Part shown: positions 19,781 through 28,990 of the stretch, piece by piece
Numbering within the stretch: position 1 is the first letter of the stretch
Layout of the letters: each line of letters begins with the position of its first letter
IMG/VR virus record: IMGVR_UViG_3300010373_000040
Location: 21,240-85,239 of that record
Direction: 5' to 3' (one strand)
From: a virus
DNA: 64,000 nucleotides
The notes under the pieces: generated by a model
Databases searched by the model: none
Seen by the model: the letters and a program-made list of their open reading frames with translations, nothing else
What the model was told of the DNA's origin: nothing
Translations under genes and position numbers: made by a program

Positions 19781-20758
19781 TTATAAAACTATTATTTTGT
19801 TACTTGTTTTTACTTTACTAATTAGAATTGGTTGTTCATCTTGTTGGCTATGTAAATCTACTAAATCATCCCATACAGCAATTTTTGCTTTATCTGATTC
19901 ATCTAAAGGTATGCCTATACGCATTTTCATATCTATTTTAAAATCTGGTATAAACCATTCCTCTATTTTAGGAGCTGGTGTTACAATAGTAGCCCACCCA
20001 TATCTATCTGACCAGATTAAACCATCTCCAAATTCAGAAACGATTCTTTTGCTACCATTGTATATATCCTGATATATAGGACCTTTTACTACCCCCTTTA
20101 ATTTTCTATTTATATTATCCCACTCTGAGAATTGAAATTCACTACCTTCAACAAACCCTCTTCTAATAGCTTCTTGAATTAGTTCTTGTTCTGTAGGTTC
20201 TTTTGAGTCTTCTATAACAATACCTTGATTTAGCACAGATTCAAAAGCAGTCTCATCTTTAGGTTTAGTAACAGAAGCTATTTCTTCTGGAGTTGCTTTT
20301 CTATAAGTTTCTTTAGGAAAACAGTATCCTGTTACAAAGGCATTATTATTTTTAATAATTTCTGCTTTTTGTAAACTACCTACAGTAAACGGTGAACCAA
20401 ATGAACTTAACAACACTATATAATTCTCAGGTATTTTTCCATCTTTAACTATCAAATCAGGATGCCCTTCTGGTAAGTACTGCTGGATTTCAAACTCAGG
20501 CTCTTTACTCTTACCTTTCTGAGCTAAATATTCAGCTTCTGTTATAAACCATTCTTTAGGTTTAAAGCAGGTAGTTAGACTAGTACCTAATACTTCTGTT
20601 TTTGTATTGTGTCCATTCACACTATAAGTGTAAGAATCTATACATGTTATTGGATAGGCTGTGTCTTTTGTTAAATCTCTTCTAAAAGATTCTAACTGGC
20701 TCCAAGATTCTAGTGTCTCTATATCTGATCTTAAATATACTATATCTCCATTTTTCAT
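19781..20758 (-). CDS. Multi-domain hypothetical protein
   Basis: ORF track; start moved to MKNGDI, downstream of a hairpin. Confidence 0.65.
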   Translation of the reverse strand: MKNGDIVYLRSDIETLESWSQLESFRRDLTKDTAYPITCIDSYTYSVNGHNTKTEVLGTSLTTCFKPKEWFITEAEYLAQKGKSKEPEFEIQQYLPEGHPDLIVKDGKIPENYIVLLSSFGSPFTVGSLQKAEIIKNNNAFVTGYCFPKETYRKATPEEIASVTKPKDETAFESVLNQGIVIEDSKEPTEQELIQEAIRRGFVEGSEFQFSEWDNINRKLKGVVKGPIYQDIYNGSKRIVSEFGDGLIWSDRYGWATIVTPAPKIEEWFIPDFKIDMKMRIGIPLDESDKAKIAVWDDLVDLHSQQDEQPILISKVKTSNKIIVL

Positions 20759-20860
20759 ATTCTTTAGTTTAAAGTAAATAAGAGGTTGATACATAATACC
20801 AACCTCTCTAACCTCTATTACAAATGAAAAACAGGGTGAATACCCACCCTGTAAATCTAA

Positions 20861-21232
20861 CTATTGCACTGTATAGTAACTAGTATCATTAGGAGGGCAA
20901 TATAAATCAAAGTCCCTCACTACTGTACTATCACTATTCCATAGATGATAGGATATTGTTCTACCATTAGGATAGCATTGGTTGCCGGCATTCACACTAT
21001 ATGAAGCAGGATTACCATAACTAATTAGAGTATCTCTATAGACCATTGGATATGGTCTAATGATATACTCCATATTCCAATCCTGAGAATAGTTAACGGT
21101 GTTGTATGCAATAGCACATCCACTAACATTATTACTAGGCTTTGGATCATTTTTCTTCTTACATGAAGAGAGGTTTAATATAGTAGATAGTACTACTATA
21201 AACATTACGAGCATTAACAATTGTTTTTTCAT
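20861..21232 (-). CDS. Predicted lipoprotein
   Basis: Lipobox ILNLSS-CKKK typical of Bacteroidota lipoproteins. Confidence 0.7.
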   Translation of the reverse strand: MKKQLLMLVMFIVVLSTILNLSSCKKKNDPKPSNNVSGCAIAYNTVNYSQDWNMEYIIRPYPMVYRDTLISYGNPASYSVNAGNQCYPNGRTISYHLWNSDSTVVRDFDLYCPPNDTSYYTVQ

Positions 21233-21286
21233 TTTTACTTAATTTAGAGGTTAACTTATTTATAATCACAGGGTATTCTGTGATAG

Positions 21287-21395
21287 TCATCTATCAAGGT
21301 TTCGATCCTTGTAATAATAGAATTAACCCTGAAACTTCACTCATTGAGCTACTCAAGAACTATTAAAGCCACCCTACTTAAAAGGCACTAGATGA
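21287..21395 (-). ncRNA. tRNA-like structured RNA with expanded anticodon arm
   Basis: Acceptor-like TCATCTA/TAGATGA; T-arm CAAGG-ATCGAAA-CCTTG; GCC/GGC and TAATAG/CTATTA stems. Confidence 0.45.
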
Positions 21396-21480
21396 TATCT
21401 TCAATTCAATTTAATCTGTTTTACTAACCAATCCATAAGGATTACAAAAGCTAAGAAACATGTTAAGAATAGTATCATAT

Positions 21481-21684
21481 TTACACATAGTTAGGTACGT
21501 CATTCACTGATTCATACTTATCCATTATCTGGTCAAAATCTTCATCTAAAGGATAACCTTTTTCTAATAGAGTGACAGCATTGTTTAATTGTTCTTTTCC
21601 TAGCATTTTACCTATCATTGTGTCTCCATTCTCAATGAGGTTTATTCTAGCATTTTGCAGGATTTCTAAGATTGAAATTGACAT
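21481..21684 (-). CDS. Hypothetical protein
   Basis: ORF track. Confidence 0.65.
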   Translation of the reverse strand: MSISILEILQNARINLIENGDTMIGKMLGKEQLNNAVTLLEKGYPLDEDFDQIMDKYESVNDVPNYV

Positions 21685-21864
21685 AGTTTTACAAGTTAAA
21701 GATTATTGAATTACTAAACAACTACCCACATACATAGACCTATAATTGATCTTATCATGGATATTAAAGCTTTTAGAGCCACTTTTGAAGTACTTATCCA
21801 TAACCTCTGAGGTTTGGTAGTACTTATACTGTTGAGAGTTTCCGTAGATGAACATGGTTATTTA

Positions 21865-22128
21865 CTATTTAGAGGCTATACATGCTTTAACATCACAAAC
21901 ATTAACATATCTGCCCCATAATGTAGGAACAGCTTGTTTATAGGTATCAATAGAGCCAGAGTTAGGCTGGTATCTACACCACTCCTTAATAGCAATAGGC
22001 TCTCTATTATCACAAAAGTATATTGTTACTAAGTATAGCTTCTTTTCAGGTAGGCTAGAGTGTATCCAGAATATTAATCCTGCTATCCCAATAACTATTC
22101 CTAGAATCCATTTTGATACTTCATTCAT
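21865..22128 (-). CDS. Membrane-anchored hypothetical protein
   Basis: N-terminal TM helix. Confidence 0.6.
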   Translation of the reverse strand: MNEVSKWILGIVIGIAGLIFWIHSSLPEKKLYLVTIYFCDNREPIAIKEWCRYQPNSGSIDTYKQAVPTLWGRYVNVCDVKACIASK

Positions 22129-22130
22129 AA

Positions 22131-22346
22131 CTATTCATTTAAAATGTGATTTTCAACAAAGTCAACCAACTGGTCAACTGTAATACTATTGGTATCATCC
22201 TGTAGATCATGGTCTAATAGGTATGTTTGATAGATTTTGTAGTATTCTACTATTGTAGATACTTTTAATGGTTCTTTTACTTTAGTAAATAAAGGTTTTC
22301 TTTCTTCTGGATCTTCTTGTTCAAATCCTACAATCTGTATAGTCAT
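22131..22346 (-). CDS. Hypothetical protein
   Basis: ORF track. Confidence 0.55.
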   Translation of the reverse strand: MTIQIVGFEQEDPEERKPLFTKVKEPLKVSTIVEYYKIYQTYLLDHDLQDDTNSITVDQLVDFVENHILNE

Positions 22347-22359
22347 AACAATAAGGGTT

Positions 22360-22386
22360 TAAAAGCCCTCAATTAAGAGGGCTTAG
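22360..22386 (-). terminator. Intrinsic terminator
   Basis: AAGCCCTC-aattaa-GAGGGCTT with T tail on the minus strand. Confidence 0.6.
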
Positions 22387-22474
22387 GTTTAACACAAATA
22401 CAATTTAACAATACCCATCATAAGAGTGTGCCTGTTAATACAAATGTGCTGTCTAGTTTTTAGTTTGATTCTTT

Positions 22475-22774
22475 TCATAACATCGAAGGATAATCCATAA
22501 TAATAAGTGATTGTGGTTTTGGGTTTTCGGTCCAGACATTTAGTATTCTCCATTTGTAGCCATTATTTAAGGTTTCAACATTAATAAATGACAATGGTTT
22601 TCTACCATTAAAAGAATCAATTTCTTCTTCATAAGGCTCTGTTAGAATCTTTACAGCCATTTGTTCTCTGTATGGTACAGTTGTTCCTGCTGGATAATCT
22701 TTGCAGTCTGGATTAGTGAAGCATATTCTATAAGAGTTATCACAGGGATATACTATTTTTCCAATATTTGACAT
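22475..22774 (-). CDS. Hypothetical protein
   Basis: ORF track. Confidence 0.6.
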   Translation of the reverse strand: MSNIGKIVYPCDNSYRICFTNPDCKDYPAGTTVPYREQMAVKILTEPYEEEIDSFNGRKPLSFINVETLNNGYKWRILNVWTENPKPQSLIIMDYPSML

Positions 22775-22852
22775 AATTTTATAGTTTAAGGTGAAACAAG
22801 TAATCCTGTAAGGTTATAAACCTTAGTCTGCTATGCACAGGATTATTAATAG

Positions 22853-23374
22853 TTAAACAGCAGAAGGGTTCTCTTTAACCCATGTCTTTAAAGAATCAAT
22901 GTTCTTAGCAGGTAGATATTGACCATTATGCGCTAGAGTTTCTTTAGGTACAAGTTTAAAAGCTTCCTTAAAGTCTGTTTCAAGTCTTTTGAGTGTTTTG
23001 AAAGCTAAAATAGCTTCTGCAAGCTCACTCTTTTTCTTTTTAATGTCAGCTTTATCTGCTAGGTATTGCTTAATAAGCTCTAATACAGGTGCTTGATCTT
23101 CTTTTAACAAGTCTTTAACTTCCATATTATAATGAGAGTTTGACGGCATGTTTAAAGCAATGTAATCCAACTCATAAGAGTGGTTAAATCTTCTTTTGTG
23201 ACCAAAGTATTCAGGATGTTCTTTGTAAGCTTTCATTAAGCTTGCAGGAACTAATTTCTTAGCTTTATCTTGTATTTCTTTTTCTAGTGCTGTGAATTGC
23301 TTTTTTAAAGCATCTTCTTTAGGTTTAGATAATTGATTTGCTAGGCTTTCAGCTAGTTGTTTAGTGATTTTCAT
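22853..23374 (-). CDS. Phage protein, possibly Nmad5-like
   Basis: Helical; MKITKQLAESLA...KTLKRLETDFKEA...LPA pattern. Confidence 0.5.
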   Translation of the reverse strand: MKITKQLAESLANQLSKPKEDALKKQFTALEKEIQDKAKKLVPASLMKAYKEHPEYFGHKRRFNHSYELDYIALNMPSNSHYNMEVKDLLKEDQAPVLELIKQYLADKADIKKKKSELAEAILAFKTLKRLETDFKEAFKLVPKETLAHNGQYLPAKNIDSLKTWVKENPSAV

Positions 23375-23735
23375 ACGATAGTGATTAAATGGTTAAACAG
23401 GATTACAAAAACATTGGTAGATCCTGTATCTTTTACCTAGTAGCCTGTTAATTCAGGCCAGTCTACCAATGTTATCAAATCTATTAGCAGTAGGTCTTCA
23501 TCCTATTAAGGATATATGCTATACACAGAATTGATTGAGTTTTAAGAACCAAAGTTCTCAATAAGATATTTAAGTTCAGCTTGTGAACTATAGGTAAATA
23601 CTACATTGTTTATACTCATTAGAGTGTCGGAAATGATTTTAATACTCATAGTTTTAGGTGTTTAGAGGTTAGTTTTACATTAATTCAGCTAGCAATTCCA
23701 AATTACTATCAGTTATTAGGATTGTTTGAGGCATT

Positions 23736-24083
23736 TTATTTACAAGCATCTAATACTCTGTTTAAAGCCCAATATTCAGGATTGAAATAACCATTTACTA
23801 CAAATGATATGCAAGCAATAGCTATACATAAGAATATTAAATATATAATTACTAGACAGCCCATAATAATCCAAGTTGCATCATTGTCATAAGCTTCTGA
23901 TTCATTAAATTTTACATGTAATTTGAATAGTGCATATCCTAACAATAGTGTGAATATGATCTGAATTAGAGAGATTGTTGCATCTATAGGTGCTTGTTTA
24001 AGTAAGATAGACCACAAATATTGTGAGGTGGTACCCATTTTAGCTGCAAGTTGTTCCAGAAGTTCTTTAGTGTTTGAATCCAT
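23736..24083 (-). CDS. Conserved phage membrane protein
   Basis: LEQLAAKMGTTSQYLWSILLKQA, two TMs, NPEYWAL. Confidence 0.7.
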   Translation of the reverse strand: MDSNTKELLEQLAAKMGTTSQYLWSILLKQAPIDATISLIQIIFTLLLGYALFKLHVKFNESEAYDNDATWIIMGCLVIIYLIFLCIAIACISFVVNGYFNPEYWALNRVLDACK

Positions 24084-24094
24084 ATTTGTAAGGT

Positions 24095-24466
24095 TTAAAT
24101 AATCTCAATTATATTGTATTTATAAGTATCAGATACTTTCCCAGTTATCTCACTCGTATAGCCCCCAATCTTATCTAATTTTTTGTTAATAATTACATTC
24201 ATTCCTACTAATTCTAGTAGTATTTTAGCTAAAGAGCTATTAATCACCACATAAAACTGTTTAGATTTACTCTCTGCTAACTTAGCCCTACAGTATTTAC
24301 CAGTCATGGATTTATTATCACAGACTTCAATACTTAATAGCTGTACAATACTATCACCCTCAGGTAAAGAGTTGGACCAACTAGCTTTCCCCACACTATA
24401 CAATAGGTGTTGATTTAGCTTGGTTAACTGTATTACCTGAGGATTAGCAGTATTAGTAGATACCAT
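24095..24466 (-). CDS. Hypothetical protein (may begin further upstream)
   Basis: ORF track. Confidence 0.55.
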   Translation of the reverse strand: MVSTNTANPQVIQLTKLNQHLLYSVGKASWSNSLPEGDSIVQLLSIEVCDNKSMTGKYCRAKLAESKSKQFYVVINSSLAKILLELVGMNVIINKKLDKIGGYTSEITGKVSDTYKYNIIEII

Positions 24467-24817
24467 AAGCAGGATTTGAACCCTCTAAATAGTCTGTAAA
24501 TTCAGTAAAGGCATCATTCCAATGCATTACTATTTCTTCATCTGTAGTATTAGAAGGAGCTGAGGCGAATATGATTTCTAATTGATTCATGGTTTTAGTG
24601 GTTAGAGGTTTAATTACGCTTCTGATATTTCTATAAGTTCTTTAACATCAGCTATTTCTTCTAGCTGACCAATGGCACCTGAGTATTGAGACTGTAAATA
24701 CATTAGTTTGTATTTCAAAAGAGCTATATATTCAGAGTTTAGGATTTGTATTGTATAGTCACTTGGTTCCATAGTGTTTTAGTTTAAATGTGAGTAATCC
24801 ATAATATGTACCTGGAT

Positions 24818-25033
24818 TTAGGTGTTATTTATGGTTTTTATTAAGTTAGGATTAGTTATGTAGTCATTATTATCTCTAACTAATCTCTTTCTTTTAGTTT
24901 TAGGTTCATGTATCTTACAGTCTACCTTCTCTAGTGAAATTGTATTAGTTTTATGACTTCCACGCTTTTCTACAAGATTATAGATGTTAGTTTTCATATT
25001 GAGTCTAGTTAACAAAATGCACAACACCAGCAA
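24818..25033 (-). CDS. Small basic hypothetical protein
   Basis: ORF track; true start likely MKTNIY. Confidence 0.45.
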   Translation of the reverse strand: MLVLCILLTRLNMKTNIYNLVEKRGSHKTNTISLEKVDCKIHEPKTKRKRLVRDNNDYITNPNLIKTINNT

Positions 25034-25768
25034 TCAGTATCAGCATAGTAATGATAGTTTTTAGTGTTACACTCAGGACACACTTTAAATGCTGGTTCAT
25101 CTAAGTCTTTTGTTATAGCCTGTAGTTTGGCTATTTCTTCAAAGTGTTTATCTATTGCTTGTTGTATTTTATCTTTTACAGTTTTCATAACTATTTATTT
25201 CTTAGATGTTTAAGTATTTCTCTTATATTATAGCTTATGATTAGTAAGACAATTGTGTTCACTGTAGCTATATATGCTATTAGGTTTAGTTCAGGTGTCA
25301 TAGATTTGTTATTTACAATAGTGTGAATAGATGTTTACAGATTGATAGTTTATGCAACAGAGTTGCAATAAGATGATGATAGTAGAATGTTTTGGTGGTA
25401 ATTCTCAGGATAATGTATCAGTTGTGTGGTAATTGCACCATTTAATTTTGCCAACCCACTAGTATAGCCAAATTATATTCTGTAGAAATATTTAAAAACC
25501 ATAGAATATTCTGTTCACCAAATATTATTCTGTCAAAACTATTAATTACAATAGATTATTTGGTTTATAAATTAACTCTCACAAAGTTGCACCTTGCTAT
25601 GTCTTCAGACTTATCCCGTTACTCAATAGAGGCAAATTGGATGAGAGTTAATACATAATTGCATAACCGCATAAGCAGTTTTGCACTTGACATTCATTAA
25701 AACATAGAGTACTATAGATCAATCACATATAAGATGCAATCAAACTATAGTACTATTTAATCTAAAGA

Positions 25769-26149
25769 TTACTCAATAGATTGTAATTCATCCATACAGT
25801 CAGAGAATAATTTCTCAACAGCAGTAAACTCTTTTAATACAGCCTTATAAGTCTTTCTAGCTTTAATACTGTCATCACTGTAGCCAAACTCATAGCAGAA
25901 GTTCTTAAAATCCCCTGGATGATATTTAGTTAAGCACTCAATAATATCACAGATATTTGGAGCCTTACCTCTGAGTACAATAGCTTGACCATATTTAAAG
26001 GTGTAAGACTTTCCATTCCTACTAATTTTAACTTTGAATATAGATCTCTCATGAGAATCATCATCAAAGTATTTACCATAAGACTCATCCAATATAGAGA
26101 GCTTTACATTGTGCTTCTTAGCAAAGTCATAATGACTGATAGTTTCCAT
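25769..26149 (-). CDS. Conserved early phage protein
   Basis: CLTKYHPGDFKNFCYEFGYSDDSIKA pattern. Confidence 0.7.
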   Translation of the reverse strand: METISHYDFAKKHNVKLSILDESYGKYFDDDSHERSIFKVKISRNGKSYTFKYGQAIVLRGKAPNICDIIECLTKYHPGDFKNFCYEFGYSDDSIKARKTYKAVLKEFTAVEKLFSDCMDELQSIE

Positions 26150-26177
26150 AATGTTTTATATTAAAATGAATAATGAT

Positions 26178-26432
26178 TTACAGTTTGTTCAATACTTTAT
26201 ATATACCTATTAAACAAAGAATTGTATATGCTATAAATGGTATTAGCATTTTATCAGTATTTGGTATAAAGAATAACGCTATTATTCCGATTAATACCAT
26301 AATAGATAGTATTGTTGTGAATAGTACTTGCAACAGCCTAATTACTATTGTTAATACATTTGTTTTTATGTCTTTCATATTTTTCATTGGTTGTCTTAAA
26401 GGATGAAAATTTAATATAAGTGAGCTATGCAA
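26178..26432 (-). CDS. Small two-TM membrane protein
   Basis: Hydrophobic segments; true start probably MKNMKD. Confidence 0.5.
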   Translation of the reverse strand: MHSSLILNFHPLRQPMKNMKDIKTNVLTIVIRLLQVLFTTILSIMVLIGIIALFFIPNTDKMLIPFIAYTILCLIGIYKVLNKL

Positions 26433-26820
26433 AGAATATCACAAGTCTCTAAGACTGTTGGATAATACTCAAATACATAGCTCTCAAAGCTTCTCACAAG
26501 CTTTTATCAATTTCTGCACTAATACTAACTAATATTAGCTGTATAAAATTTCCAGTTTTACAACTGAGTTAGAAATAATAATTTAGAAAACACCCGGGGG
26601 TACTTCTTCCTTACCATACTTGTATGGGGTGGGGGTTAGGTGGTCCAACCATGTGCCTATCTGGAGGATATTTATAGAACTAGTAGGGGATATAATAAAG
26701 AACCCCTAATCAATAAACTCTAAGGTCTATACAACTAGGGGTAACTTCATCAGGCCATAAAGGACTGGTACTTTGTTCAATACTAGAGTTTTTTTCGAGA
26801 TCTCTATGTAAATATAATAA

Positions 26821-27150
26821 TTATTTCTTATAAATATACTTCTTTTTAAAATCTTCAGTAGTGATAATAGTAACTGGTTCTCCTGCATTAAGAGCTTCCC
26901 AAGCCTCCTTACTCATTATAAGATCAGCTATATGGTCCTTACCAATACCAATAACTACATTTACAGATTCTACAAAGAACTCTGTTTTAAACCCTGGATT
27001 ATTAATAGTAATGTTAGCTTTAGGGGAGATCTTAATCTCTCTACCTAGTCTACCATAGTGATTAATTGAGTAGTCATAGGTCCTTGTGGGATCTGTGGAT
27101 TCTAAAGTAAAGTTCTCTACTTGTATAGATTCTCTGGTTAATTTATTCAT
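26821..27150 (-). CDS. Hypothetical protein
   Basis: ORF track; last minus-strand gene before the strand switch. Confidence 0.65.
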   Translation of the reverse strand: MNKLTRESIQVENFTLESTDPTRTYDYSINHYGRLGREIKISPKANITINNPGFKTEFFVESVNVVIGIGKDHIADLIMSKEAWEALNAGEPVTIITTEDFKKKYIYKK

Positions 27151-27335
27151 TTCTGTATGGGTTTTAGTAATTCTAGACCTAAATATAGAAAAATATTCCC
27201 ATAATTACAAAAATAAAAACACTCTACTTTGAGTATATCCAGGGAGCAGAGTGAAAGTCTATAGGTGTATTCAGAGAAGTTTAGCTGAAACCAATCTGAA
27301 TAGCCTAATACTATCCAAACTTTATGCCACAACAC

Positions 27336-27370
27336 TTGACTTTAGTAAGACATTGTCTTACATTTATACT
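27336..27370 (+). promoter_or_regulatory. Promoter-like sequence overlapped by perfect palindromic operator GTAAGACA-T-TGTCTTAC
   Basis: TTGACT (27336) N17 TACATT (27359); 8-bp inverted repeat at 27345-27361. Confidence 0.6.
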
Positions 27371-27386
27371 ATAACTATTAACCTAT

Positions 27387-27557
27387 ATGAAGAAAAAGGA
27401 AGAATCAATTACAGTAAGGGTAGAAGAAGGAACTAAAGAACTTCTACAGAAGATTGCTGATAGTCTAGATAGGGATCTATCAGACTATCTAAGAGTGGTA
27501 TTTAAAGAGGAAATCAGACACTATAAAGAGGAAGGAGTATTAGATGGAACAGTATAG
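27387..27557 (+). CDS. Ribbon-helix-helix (CopG/Arc-like) DNA-binding protein, 56 aa
   Basis: Manual translation MKKKEESITVRVEEGTKELLQKIADSLDRDLSDYLRVVFKEEI...; alternating beta strand then two helices; below the ORF-track cutoff. Confidence 0.8.
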   Translation: MKKKEESITVRVEEGTKELLQKIADSLDRDLSDYLRVVFKEEIRHYKEEGVLDGTV

Positions 27558-27864
27558 TAACCCTAACTCTGAGATATTCAAAAAGTATGCTAAAGAAGCA
27601 TTTGAATTAATGAAGACAGATAAGTTATGGCCCTCTTATGTGGTAAATAAATGTACAGACTACGCCTTAGCTAGTAAGATCTTCCCAGACTATGAAGATT
27701 GGGAGTATGTAGCTTATCTAATTAACTACAAGAAAGCCTGGGCTTATCTGCAGGTAGGAAGATACATTGGATTAGCTAAGTCCAAGGGGTTAATCTTTGA
27801 AAAACCTACTAAGCCAATACCTAAACCTAAAGAACCTAAGCAGCCTAAAATTGAATGGTTCTAA
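27544..27864 (+). CDS. Hypothetical protein
   Basis: ORF track; overlaps end of RHH gene. Confidence 0.65.
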   Translation: MEQYSNPNSEIFKKYAKEAFELMKTDKLWPSYVVNKCTDYALASKIFPDYEDWEYVAYLINYKKAWAYLQVGRYIGLAKSKGLIFEKPTKPIPKPKEPKQPKIEWF

Positions 27865-27918
27865 TAATCAAGTGCTTATAAATACTTTGAAAATAAATAT
27901 GAAATATAGCTTGACAGA

Positions 27919-27950
27919 TTTGGATACCACCTTTCCAGCAATTATATTTG
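27919..27950 (+). promoter_or_regulatory. Bacteroidota primary-sigma promoter
   Basis: TTTG (27919-22) N20 TATATTTG (27943-50). Confidence 0.6.
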
Positions 27951-28245
27951 CACGGAGTATTTATGAGTACAAATATCCTACACTGCGATTTAAGGGAAGA
28001 TAAGCTAAAGATTAGAAGAGTAGCAATAAGAGATGTATTATACTCCTGAGTTTGACCACGAGATCCGTCCAATCCATACTCATATAAATAAACTAAGATA
28101 GAATATAACTATATGGGTTTTATAAAAACTAAAATTACAAGTAGAGCGAGAGCTATAGGATCATCAACATTAAAGTACAAGTTTTTAAAATCAAATTCAT
28201 CAACCACAACTATAAATACACCGCTACATAAATTAAAATACAAGT

Positions 28246-28668
28246 ATGATTAAAGCAATAGTAGATTCAGTAAGTGTTAGTAATGGAGAAGTAACCAAGT
28301 TCTCAGTAATAGATGATGCTAGAGGTACTGTAGGAAGCTTTCAGTTGTTTGAGAGTGATGAGAGTAAATATGGACAGTATAAGGTTGGTGATGAGTTTAG
28401 CTTAGAGTTATTCCCTACTGGGTTTGTTATGCCTGAATACAAACATAAAGAACCTACTTCAGTGGTTGAGCCTATACCAGAGCCTGTAGAAGAACCAACC
28501 TTTATAGATAAGGTGAAAGACTTTTTCACCCCAGCTTCTACTACAGAAAGCCCAGAAACAGTATCTATCACTCCAGAGGTTGTAGTTCCTCCTGTAGAAC
28601 CAACTCCAGGATTAGATGCTCCTACATTTACAGCACCAACTACTGATAGTCCTGCTCCTACAGTATAA
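28246..28668 (+). CDS. Hypothetical protein with Pro/Thr/Glu-rich C-terminal tail
   Basis: ORF track. Confidence 0.7.
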   Translation: MIKAIVDSVSVSNGEVTKFSVIDDARGTVGSFQLFESDESKYGQYKVGDEFSLELFPTGFVMPEYKHKEPTSVVEPIPEPVEEPTFIDKVKDFFTPASTTESPETVSITPEVVVPPVEPTPGLDAPTFTAPTTDSPAPTV

Positions 28669-28779
28669 TCAATATACTTATTCTGCATCCCATTAGAACT
28701 GCACGCTTAGAATAAGTCTTATGTTAACCCCTCCCTAGATAGTATCTTTGGACCCCATCCTATCTCGAATTAGGAAACT

Positions 28780-28820
28780 ATCCCTCTGAGGTTAAAATCT
28801 TAGAGGGATTTGTTTGTTTA
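28780..28820 (+). terminator. Intrinsic terminator insulating the tRNA operon promoter
   Basis: ATCCCTCTGAG...CTTAGAGGGAT stem followed by TTGTTTGTTT. Confidence 0.7.
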
Positions 28821-28843
28821 TATTAATCTATCTACTATATTTG
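28813..28843 (+). promoter_or_regulatory. Bacteroidota primary-sigma promoter of the leader-tRNA operon
   Basis: TTTG (28813-16) N19 TATATTTG (28836-43); expected TSS at or near ATG 28848. Confidence 0.75.
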
Positions 28844-28847
28844 TTGC

Positions 28848-28922
28848 ATGAACAATTTATCACTACATCTTCAACCGCAGCGCACTCCCTTATCTAGGGA
28901 AGCAAGTGGTTATTGTGTGTAG
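28848..28922 (+). CDS. Putative attenuator leader peptide MNNLSLHLQPQRTPLSREASGYCV (24 aa)
   Basis: Starts 4 nt after the promoter element; codons 6-12 CTA CAT CTT CAA CCG CAG CGC; ends TAG TAG TAA. Confidence 0.75.
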   Translation: MNNLSLHLQPQRTPLSREASGYCV

Positions 28923-28947
28923 TAGTAAAAAAGCTCCAACATTATTT

Positions 28948-28982
28948 ATCCCCTTGCTGAGAAGTTAGGGGATTTCTGTTTT
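28948..28982 (+). terminator. Attenuator terminator upstream of the tRNA array
   Basis: ATCCCCT-TGCT-GAGA-AGTT-AGGGGAT + TTCTGTTTT; 5' arm CTTGCT can alternatively pair with AGCAAG (28901-06). Confidence 0.75.
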
Positions 28983-28990
28983 ATATACAT

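Noticed and set aside
25590-25640. Hammerhead ribozyme on the minus strand (CTGAAGA)
   Set aside because: No correctly placed GAAA or stem II/III; kept only as a generic structured element
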